From assembly GCF_964204645.1 (NCBI RefSeq), contig NC_134030.1, positions 20,544,210 through 20,608,209 on the forward strand: a stretch of DNA of 64,000 nucleotides, in the 5' to 3' direction. This DNA is from Tubulanus polymorphus (taxonomy: Eukaryota; Animalia; Nemertea). The notes beneath the pieces were generated by a model. The model was not told where the DNA came from, made no database searches, and was given only the letters and a program-made list of their open reading frames with translations. The translations under genes and the position numbers were made by a program. Within the stretch, counting starts at the first letter, position 1. The number at the start of each line of letters is the position of its first letter. This document shows positions 1-11,266 of the stretch, in pieces.

Positions 1-1689
1 CCTAATCTATAAAAATTGACTCTCAGTACCAAATGTACGTGTTACATAAAGGTCTGATTTCTCAGCTAAGCCTAGGTACACATTTATGCCAAAACATATA
101 TAAGATTTAACTATGAAAAATGGATGTAACTCACCTGAAAATTCAAACGATTGAATTTATGTGTTAATACCAGTTTATTTTACGTCTTAATCAGTTGGAT
201 AGCAGGCACAGAGTGATCAAATCTGTGCTGCCAAAAACCAAGTTGATTAAGACACTCCCATCAAGAAATTATTGACCAAAACTTCTAGCGATTGGTTCAT
301 CCAAAATTTATTAAGACACTAATTATTTAACATGTTAAGACACTAATTACCTGATGAGAGCTAAACTAGTTGCGAGGGCAGGTGAGTTGAGAGTTGTTTA
401 TATTGCTATTACATCACTTATTCAAAAATAGTGCCAGTTCGCTAGGTAGACAAAATACTCAATAAACAAGACAGCCTACTTGAGCTGCCAAAACTGTATC
501 CGGGTAAAAGTGACAAACAAACATAAGTAAACATAAAAACACAATCCGCAGTTCCAGATAAAAATACTCCTTGCTAAAAGTGTATGTGACTATAGCCATG
601 GATGACCGTGACCGACCCAATGGTACTACGAGAAAGTTATTGCCTGATGTTGATGGTCTAAGTCGCCGCGAACCCTCAGCAACCTGACAGCGAAGAAACT
701 GATGCAAACTAATTTTCGTTTGATTCTACCTGATAATAAAAATTAAAATAGTGACGGATTATATCTAACTCTAAAAGCGATGACAAAGATCTTTTTTCGA
801 ATTATCTCTTTCAAAAAATGATGTAATTATTACGAGTCATTATTGTCCAAGTTACGATAAGTGAATGTTAGGCATTATTGTTGAATTCCGTAGAAAATAA
901 AAAGCCATCACCTGCATAACTTTTGAATTTATCTGAAGCGTTTGAACCCCTTACTTTCTCTTTTAATCTTTACAAACGTGAGATTATTATGTTAAATGTA
1001 TATGTGGCATCTCGTAATTCAATATTGAACGAAATCATCCATCACATTTCCGTTGATGCTATCAATACTGAACTGTTGGTCCATGGCTCCAGCCTCAAAC
1101 CATTAGCTTTAAATGTAATCATTTAAACCACGGTCCAAAATTTGTATATTACTCAAAACGGTTAGAATAAGACATATAGATCATATCACACCTTAACAAC
1201 CATGACATCGAGGGAATAATTTATTTGTTTGTTTATTCATTCATGTATTTATCTATTCTTTTACTCTTTAAAATAGGCTTAATTGTAAACTGATTACTCA
1301 CCTCATCATCTCACCATACATCTCCCTTATCGAAAATTACCACCAAAATAAAAATTAATTTTCAATCAGTACATCCTATGAGTTTCATGCTCCTTATATG
1401 TAACTTACCGATGTATCTTTAGGTAATGTTTCAGGAATAGATAAATTTCATCGTTATTGCAAATCATTTGTAGAACGAATCGATTTCTGTGCTCCAAAGT
1501 AAAATGTACTTGGTTGATCCGACTGGACGCGTGGTCCTTCGGTATTTCTTCTGCTCCACTTGTCGAACATACGTTACCCCCGAAATTATCATCCCCTCAA
1601 TCCATACCGTGCCTGTTGTGTGTCAGCGAGCGGGAATAATGTGAGAGAGTGTCTGGATGACCAAGTAACAGGCAATTTGCTTCATTGGC

Positions 1690-1995
1690 CCCCTCAATTG
1701 ATATTATAACATTTCATATTGTTCGTGTACAAACACGTGTAACTGTGTCGAAGATGAGTTGCACTTCATCTTAACGTGTAGTAAATTCAACAAGGAAGAA
1801 ATTTAATTTGGTAAGTGTTGGTGTAAATAATGTAAATATTATTTTTAATGATATAGGTTGTCAAGCGGAATTGGTAAATTCCGGAATTCTTTGTAATTCT
1901 GGTATATTGTATATATGTATATATTGTTTTCCTTTTCTTCTGTTTCGCTGTCCATTGACGATCATGTCATTTAATATGATGAATAAACCAACTAA
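1690..1995 (+). mobile_element. 3' end fragment of a non-LTR retrotransposon
   Basis: Encodes C..CNCVEDELHFILTC, a LINE C-terminal Cys/His motif, followed by AATAAA and a short-repeat tail. Confidence 0.6.
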
Positions 1996-3059
1996 CCAAC
2001 TAAATTCTGAATGTACATCCACTGTATAGTTTTTGAATCGTGTTAAACTTCTTTGTAAATAAAGATCTGAGTTATAAGTGCTTATAAGTGAGTTATTGAG
2101 CTTTTACATTTCGAGCCTCGGGACGTTTGGTCCTCTAGTTTTCATAATTGGAATGATAGTGAATTTGATACAGAGGAGAGAATTGATGAATTATCTATTA
2201 TTGTAACAGGTTAAAGTTCTCCGAGTTAAAATCCCCCCAAATTTGATTTCACGGCTAGATATGATAAAATACATGTACTCAATATTCTTATCTTGAAAAA
2301 CAGAAAATACTTCAAATTTCAGAAATTTCAAATTTTCGGTGCTGTATTTCACAATATACACCTTGGATAATCTGTGACTTTTAACAAGCGACATGCATAC
2401 AAAATGATATCATCGTAGTTTTGAAAATTTCTATGAAGAAATCTAGATTTGAAGTGATAGTAGAATATCCATGTACCCTGAATATTATTGTAAAAAGTTT
2501 TATTTAGGTTTTATACCTGAGTTTGATAGAAAACCGAACGTGGGGGAATTTTTACTAGGGGGATTTTTAGCTGGGGAACTTTTACCGAGTGGGATTTTTA
2601 CCGGGGGATATTTACCTACATTCATTCTACAAGACAGAAACTGCTACCAACTCGAGGATTTGTGTTCAACATACGTCTAATGTCTATTTCAACTTGACTT
2701 GGGAGCATAACAAGTGGCCTAGCTCAGTTAGTTTTGGTGTTACATACCTGATAAAAGTCTTAAAAGTCGAAACCAGTTCACATTGCGTCTAGGGGATACA
2801 TTGTCCTTTTTGAATGCAATAATCAATGAATACTTCGGTTTGAATAGCATCAGTTCTGAGGATTAAACCATTCACAGGGGCCTATATCGTGTTCACACTA
2901 GCTAGATTTCATCATGGACGAAGGGACGTTAAACGTGGCGTGAGGATCCAGAGGATCCAGCCGTCTAAGAGTCCATGATTTCATTAGGGATTTGCGATGT
3001 TGAGAAGTGACGCTACGGCGCAGGTTTGCCGGACTTATATACAATAACTCTACAACTTG

Positions 3060-6000
3060 CTACAGGATTTTCACGCGATTCGAATTTTCGCTCAGGTACC
3101 TAGAAAAAACCTTTATTCCACCATAAGATCGTCCTGTCGACATAATTTCAGTTGTAATATACAACTTCTCCTTTGTTTTTAATGTATTGAATTTGTCATT
3201 TTTTAGGCCATTCCTCAATTACTCACCAGGCCCTGATTGCTGCATAGAGTACTGCAGACCATCCTCACTTGAACCTGAACTTGAACCCAGAACCTGATTT
3301 CCGTCAATGCGCGTGCTGCTGATTAAACTAATCTGGCCCGATAGAACTAAATGCTGCAGCCTGGATTGCACATCTTCATAAGGAGAAGACAACTTATCGA
3401 AATTGTCAAGGAAACTGCACTCATAAATTGGTGAGTAGATATTTTGGCAACCATCTCCGCCATCATCACACTAAACCTTTTGAGCCAGTCAGTCCAAAGA
3501 TTTCCGTTTGAGTTAGTAATTCGAATTTATTGATTTTCTATTGATATTGTTTTAAGATATATCTGCGATAATTGATAATTATCATATTTTCTCATGATCA
3601 TTTATGATTATCATCATTATTACTGATCACATTAAATGTCATCAATCACGGAACACAACTTATTGGTAGTAATCATTCTATGTTGAAATATATCTCGCTT
3701 CTTAATTTACATCAGCATTTTTGAATAGTGATGAACACGCTCGTATTGCTGTGAAAATCTGTTTCTTCATTTTTTGTATAGTCTAAAAATGAAAGATATG
3801 AGTTCCAGTCGAATAATCAGACAGTCAATATACTTGGACTTGCATAAGGGCAGTTTGAATCTTTAAATCATGTATTATCTAAATTACCAATATCTTGTCA
3901 TAAAAGATAACGATCATGAGTACATTTGGAATTTTACAAAATCGTATAATAGATAATATTCTTCAACCTATATCTATGTTTTTGACATTTGAACGAACGG
4001 AAATACCTTTGTTCAGTGCATGAAAAAAAGACGTATGTCTGGTTGAGCAAACCACAATATCAATCGAAGATAACATCCTGACATCCGGAATAAAACAATA
4101 GCTATTTGTTTTTATTGATATGGAGGGTTTTTGCTTAATCATATTATTTACTATATTGAAGACTGAAAATAATCTCAAACCATTTATAACATATGTATGG
4201 GTTCCTAGTGTCCATGCAATTGGCCACATACAACCATACCACCACGTTTCTAGAATTATTTGCGACGTTTATCATCTTTATCCTGTCAAACCTTTGGATT
4301 TTTATGGTTCAAGGGCTTTAAGTTTTCGGATGAATTGGGACCTGTGTTAGTATTTATCACCATTGTTTGAATTTGAGCAACGCAGTCAAATCGAAGCAAT
4401 TGTCAAAGCAATTTACTTTTGAATTAGTCGTTTTCTGTGATATTCAATTGTCACTATCAAGTGCACGTGTCCTTGTGGAGAGAGTACCTTCGGGTATCGT
4501 TATGAGCTAGAAATTGCGCGATTTGTTTCGACAAAACGTCAAATTCCATGACATCATTAAAAAAATAAGCATGTGAGAAAGTACTTCAATATCATCTAAT
4601 ATCATCATTCATTTTATGCTAAAATGATATGATACCGGCCGATTATGAGAAACGGGTTACTTTTGTAAACTGCAATAAGATTTGTAATCAAGTTAATTTC
4701 CATAACTACCGGGTGAACTTTTGAGCTCAGCAAAAATGAGAAACAAGGTATCAATGTTTTGTCTACTGGTAGCATGTCCAAGGAAACGTGATACTTGCAC
4801 ATCATGATATTCATCCAAAGCATCGATAGTTATAAATACAAAAGTTGCAAATATATTTTCTGAAAAAATGTTTGGAATATTCGAATGTCCTTTTTGTTAG
4901 AATACCATGTTGTACCGTTATCAGCTTATGAAAGTCCGCGCATTTTGATTCTGGATCTTCTCAAATTGCATGATTCAATTTATATACATGTAGTACCAAT
5001 ACCAATTCATGTTACGTGTCCATTAGTTTAAGGACCTAATGAATCACCACTCCAATGACGTATACGAAATATACTAAAGCTGATATCAATCAGACTGTGG
5101 TTGTTCGGTGTTAAGAGCGGTCCGCGTCGCTATTAATTCAATCTTTAAACATAACGTATTTGTTGTGCTACAGAAGTCGATACTTGAAAAAAAAACATCT
5201 CTATGATCATGACTTGCTAGTGGGTGCGCTTTTACGGCGACGATTCCTCACCCGAGTCCAGCATGACGTATAGCGCCAGTGTCCGCCGAACTGCCGCGAT
5301 GATTAAACATAGGCTATCAACACGAAAAGAGTTAAAGATTTTTTCTATGGCATTAGAGAGGTGGCTAGCCACCCTATTCAACCAAATGTTCTAGGAATGA
5401 ATTTCAATTTGTTACAATTTTTCAGTGAGTAATAACGACTTGGTTTGAAGACGCGTTCGAAAAGTAGATTATTATTGCATTGATAAATCTATTCGTTTAG
5501 AAGGAATAAATGATGTATGAGGTTTGATTTGTTGCACAAATATGTTTTGCTCGCATGCCATCGAAATGATTATCCGGGTTGCTCCCCCTTCCTAGGGGTG
5601 TCACTCACGCATCAAACCTTAACTATAAATATTGTTTGTTAAAGTCAGAATTTCTTTTTGTGTATTGAATTACTGTTTTCTTTTTCAGATCAGCTATTCC
5701 TCACTTCCCATCATCAGCACCTGATTGCTGCCAATACCACGGGGCTGACTGAACCAACGCTGCTTGAGAACATAAGAACTAATCCTTGTTGCTCCACGCG
5801 GGTATGAATCGGTGGTGAGTAGATTTGTTTTTAACAGAAAATGTCATGTATCAAAATTAAATCATAAGTTTTAATGGTGAGCGTCGCAATTCTATTTTTC
5901 TAGATGAGCCTTTCTACCTCCTCGTTACTACAGCAACTACAGCTCATTGGGCTTTAACCCTTCCCAACATCTCCACTCAAGACCTAATTGCTGCCTAAAC

Positions 6001-8460
6001 CAGCCTGGCCCAAACATACAATCCTCATGACGTAATTGCTGTTGGGATGTGAGAACTGTAGCCTGGATGTTACATCGCCCGAAGAAAAGTTAACTGATCG
6101 AAAAAATCCGTGCAGCTTCGCTGATGAATTGGTGAGTAGACATTTTAACTGTTTGTTGTATCGGAAGTTAGGTCGGGTCGTTACAGCAAACTCAGATACA
6201 GTTAGTTCCTTACACTCCTCTTAACTCGAATTAACTTGTGACCAATTTGTGTTTGAGTTTAGGTGATGATTCAAGTTTTTCGAATGAAGCTGATATTCTA
6301 TTGTTGAAATTATTATGAAGTTAGGTCGGGTTTAATCTTATCAAACAGACTTTCGTCACAAAGATGCAGCGGAATTTCTCTAAACTCGAATCGTTTTGTA
6401 ACCAGTGATGTATAGTGGGAGTTACGGTGATCATTCTAATCACTCCCGTATTCAAGAAGTATTTTTTGTTTCAATGGTTTTAAAGATCTAATATTTGTAA
6501 ACAAGTAGATAACGATGATGAGACTCGAAAGCATTTGCCATAAGTGGAGTGTCAAAATGTTGGGCAATTTGTCAGATAAAGAAACCTTTGATCTATTCGA
6601 TAAACTTAATGACGAAATATTATCAGTAAAACCGACTTTTTATCAACCGGTTCATTTGTCCAGGACATTCATACAGTATTTTTAGAATAGTCGAGTTAGG
6701 GCTTTTGACTGTGGTCACATATCTTAAGTTTAAAAATTTGTTTAGAAAAATCAGTCTCCCTTGTCTCGCGAAAGTGCGCTGATAAGATATATCGGTTTTT
6801 GTAATTACACAATATTATTTCTGATCGATTCGAATTGTATTGCAAAATTTAGACAGTCCCGCGTGCACACTGTCCCGGTTGAATACATATCGTCCCGCTC
6901 AACACCGTCCCGGTTGAATACACACAGTCCTGGTTGAATACACACCGCCCCGGTTGAATACACGCCGTCCCAGTTGAATACACGCCGTCCCGGTTGAATA
7001 CACGCCGCCCCGGTTGAATACACGCCGTCCCGGTTGAATACACGCCGTCCCGGTTGAATACACGCCGTCCCGGTTGAATACACGCCGTCCCGGTTGAATG
7101 CACGCCGTCCCGGTTGAATACACACAGTCCCGGTTGAATACACACCGCCCCGGTTGAATACACGCCGTCCCGGTTGAATACACGCCGTCCCGGTTGAATA
7201 CACGCCGCCCCGGTTGAATACACGCCGTCCCGGTTCAATACACGCCGTCCCGGTTGAATACACGCCGTCCCGGTTCAATACACGCCGTCCCGGTTGAATA
7301 CACACCGTCCCGGTTGAATACACTCCGTCCCGGTTGAATACACACATTCCCGGTTGAATACACACCGTCCCGGTTGAATACACACCGTCCCGGTTGAATA
7401 CACGCCGCCCCGGTTCAATACACGCCGTCCCGGTTGAATACACTCCGTCCCGGTTGAATACACTCCGTCCCGGTTGAATACACACAGTCCCGGTTGAATA
7501 CACGCCGTCCCGGTTGAATACACGCCGTCCCGGTTGAATACACGCCGTCCCGGTTGAATACACACCGCCCCGGTTGAATACACGCCGTCCCGGTTCAATA
7601 CACGCCGTCCCGGTTGAATACACACCGACCCGCCTGAATACACACCGACCCGGTTGAATACACACCGTCCCGCCTGAATACACGCCGTCCCGGTTGAATA
7701 CACACCGTCCCGCCTGAATACACACCGTCCCGCCTGAATAGACGCCGTAATTTCTAATAGACACTGTATAATTTTATTCTTTATTTCAGATAAACGAAGG
7801 GAAGAGGTGGAGATGCTTGATCAGAACGAGGTGGTCAGCTCACCGAACGCAAAGAACAACTGAAATGGAGCACTCCGTATCAGACAAACATTAAAAGAAG
7901 TGTAATTTCATTAGTTAACACCTTCAATATACAATGAATCTTCATTCTTATCTAATCTTATGTTTGTGGATTGTTTCTTTTGGGCCAATGTTGGTCAGCA
8001 AAAGAATGATCAACAAATCCAATTCTGAGACAAGTATTTGGCGTTTTCTTAGGGGAACGTTCTACTAATACCGTTGTTCCCCAAGTAGTGATTCCAACCA
8101 TCATGATTGCATAATCTGGAGATGTGCACGGTTTTGTAAATACGAGCCCGTGAGAAATTCAAGTATTACTTAAATCCAAGACAAATCCTAAAAAATTCTC
8201 TTCCCAAGATTGAAATTATTCCAGGAAATTTGATTTGATATTTGGCCGAGATATTACGCCCAATGATAGCATTCTCAATGGCATTTCACGAATTTGATAA
8301 TGAAATTGTAATGATGTAATGACATCACTAATTGTTCTAAGAAAATGTTGGCGTCAAGTAAGAAGCATTGTGACATTAATAAAGATTGTGCAATGTAGTA
8401 CTTTGTCGATCATATATTGTAGACCGCAGTTTGTACTTGATGTACAATAAACTTTAAGTA
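3060..8460 (+). ncRNA. Candidate spliced long non-coding RNA with internally duplicated exons
   Basis: Exon-like blocks at ~3060-3095, 3207-3431, 5689-5814, 5904-6131 and 7790-~8460, with pyrimidine-rich AG acceptors and three identical gtgagtaga donors. AATAAA occurs at ~8378 and ~8447. No long ORF. Confidence 0.4.
6866..7748. repeat. 20-bp minisatellite (cacgccgtcccggttgaata)n, ~44 units
   Basis: Directly visible perfect 20-nt periodicity with recurrent variant units. Confidence 0.98.
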
Positions 8461-10436
8461 AATTACTATCAATGTTGTCTATATCAATTTCTTGTGGATA
8501 TCATGAATTGATAATACGAGCTGGGCCAATCAGATTCGAACGTTGTCATCTTCAAAGTATGGATTATAAAGCAGGCTTGAATGGGGTTCGAACCTAATTT
8601 TGCGTATCGATGATGATGAGCAAATTAGAGGAACATTTCCCCAACCTGATAAGGATTTAGACAGACCGCTATCATAGCTACAGCGGCCGGTATAATAGTA
8701 GCCACTATATTCAAAACGTTTATGAATTTATGCATGTGTCAGTCTGCAGCGTGGGCTGTGCGAACCCAATCGTCGTAATTCGAATCTGGATCCCGGCCAA
8801 ACTTAAACTCAAGTAGATGACTAAGATCACCAGGCCTCAGGTATTCTATCGGTAGACTTGATAAGAATTGTCAAGTAGATATCACACTTGAAGAGAGATT
8901 CGGACTGATACCTACATTACAATTCATTTTTGAACCTTAATTACCACCAAAAAAACTAATGAGTTTGACTATTTCGCATGCCTGAAAAAAGCTTCACCTA
9001 TTCGAATTCATCTACCTACAAGAAACGACATTTTTCAAACTCGGCATAAGCAGAGATTGAAGTCCTTTAATAGCACCAGCAGCAGATGAGGAGCGTCCTT
9101 ACAATTTCCAAGCTTTACAACTCAATACATGTAATATTTTAGTTATAAATGAAGATGGCACCATCATTTCATTGTACCCTACTGATTTTCTGTTTTTGAC
9201 AATTGTTTAAGAATGGTTCTCGCAGAATTGACAAAATGATATCCTAATAAACAAACGTGACACAAAATAAATTGAACTTAATTCAAAATCTCAATAACTC
9301 TATTCGGAATTTATGAACGATTTCAGCCGTGTACAGAAGCCCACAACAGAATCACGCAGGAACCAACACAAACGAGGTTTATTTCATTTCATAATCGGTT
9401 TATTTTATATAGATTGCACATAAATACGACTTGAGTGTCATAACCCATCTGATAATAACTTGAACGATATGATCGTAATACGCAGCTTGATTGAAAGGTC
9501 AAAAGTGAACGAGGCGGCATATAAAAAACCCAGTCAAAATCTTTCCTTAACATGGAATGGCTCCAGTAAAAGATAATTGCACATAAATACGTCATGACTC
9601 ATCTGATAATGACTGAGGTTTGCCGTAGTTGGCTGAAAGGTCAAGTACAAAAAAAAAAAACATTCAATAAATAGTCAGTCGTTTACATTATGGAATCGCT
9701 GGTAGACCGGAGCGCCATCTTGTGCCCGCGCAACGAGTTACTCGTAGGTTTCCTGAGAAAACTCTACGACAAGTGTATTCAGCGAAGGCGACATCTATGG
9801 CGTCGTTTAGAACCACAATCACAATCCCCCAATCCGGGGCCGTACATTTTATAACATCATTACAACAAGAAACCATTACGTGAAAAATTCAAATCCGACC
9901 TTTTCAAAAATTGTGACAATTCTAGTCGCCATAACGACCGTAGAACATAACTATTTTATAAGCTCTATTGGGCTTTTATTTATCTAAAATTCGCAAGGAG
10001 ACAATTACGAATAATTTTCAAAATATGAACGAATAATTTTAAAGTTGCGTAGTAGGCAGTTTCTTAGGAGGAGATGACTTACATTCACTTAAATTCAAAT
10101 TTCAACTGGAAAATAGGAAAACTAATCATCAAAATATTTCGTAAAGCACAGAATATCAGTCAAATTTGTATCATTTCAAGTATCACCTAAACTCAAACAC
10201 AATCACAGGTTACAGATTAATTTGAGGTAAGAGGAGTGTAAGAAAACAACTGTATCTGAGATTGTTGTAACGAGGGGCCATATGTTTAATAGATAGCGGG
10301 TCTGAATTGGTTTAGTCGGCACGAATTGGCAGTAATCAGATCCTGGGTACAAAGAGCTTACTTGAAAAATATAATTCTATTCGAGTTTCGACCAGTTTAA
10401 ATGTATGTGGAATGAGCCTTTTAAACATAATTTCAG

Positions 10437-11266
10437 GATTTCAGGAATTGAGCTACCGGACAGCCGAGTGTAACCCGATGGTTGTTTGGTCGCCCTTTTG
10501 TCGAACTTTGCGTTAAAATGTATCGAGGTAATGGTAAATGGAACGATGTTATATGCCATAATTTGAAACCAGGAAGAAAGACACTCTAAATATTTGGATG
10601 GATATATGAAAGCTGTGGGTACTGGAGTGTGTAATGGGTAGTGTAGTGTGATCTGTGTGCATTTTGGTGGCCAGCACACAGATCACATTGTTCATTGGGG
10701 TTTAGTCCAGGACTCGCGAGATTTTCAACAACACGGAAGTAACGTGTAATAAAGATGACTTGAATTGCATGACTACCTACCACCCCTCATTATTGTTGGA
10801 AAACTAAACGTTCCGCACTGACTAAAAATTAGTAATAACATTTTAGAAATGGCCGGAATTTTAACTTAGGTTATATCTCTTTTTTATTTTACAATTGCGA
10901 TTGGTATAATTTTTTTTTAAACGGCCGTTAAGGCTTCATGTTTCGTCTGCAATTCACTGCAAATAGTTACGCAACTACGCACATTTCAGTGTTTTTGGCA
11001 GCTGTACACTCAATCGGCACCGTTCGTGACTAGCTTCACTGCGGAATTATCATTAATTAACATCGCCATATCACATCATCAACTTATATTGTGCCTTAAA
11101 ACCCTAACAGCCGAAATAATTGAAATACACACACGATTTCTATCATTGAAAATTGAGAGAATGGCCGTGTTTGTGTTCTGCTGCTTCGCGTAAATCCCGC
11201 GGGGTGGCGCCACCGCGCGGAGTGGGGCCGATACGTCCAGCTATTTGTTCGAAGGATTGTCAATAG
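10437..11266 (+). pseudogene. Orphan inverted copy of lectin exon 4 (A type), with a stop codon and a TE insertion
   Basis: tttcag|GAT TTC AGG AAT TGA..: DFRN*ATGQPSVTRWLFGRPFVELCVKMYRGNGKWNDVICHNLKP[insert 10573-11240]AICSKDCQ*. No exons 1-3 were seen nearby. Confidence 0.85.
10573..11240. mobile_element. Unclassified ~660-bp TIR-less element inserted at CCAG (copy 1)
   Basis: Interrupts the orphan lectin exon and is flanked by CCAG...CCAG. Near-identical to 50499-51163. Confidence 0.85.

Noticed and set aside
351-385. Hammerhead core at CTGATGA
   Set aside because: No stem II followed by GAAA.
6866-7748. CRISPR-like array
   Set aside because: Units are contiguous with no unique spacers, there are no cas genes, and the context is eukaryotic.
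6805-7764. 319-aa ORF and overlapping ORFs
   Set aside because: Artifact of a stop-free 20-bp minisatellite; the same peptide appears in all three frames.
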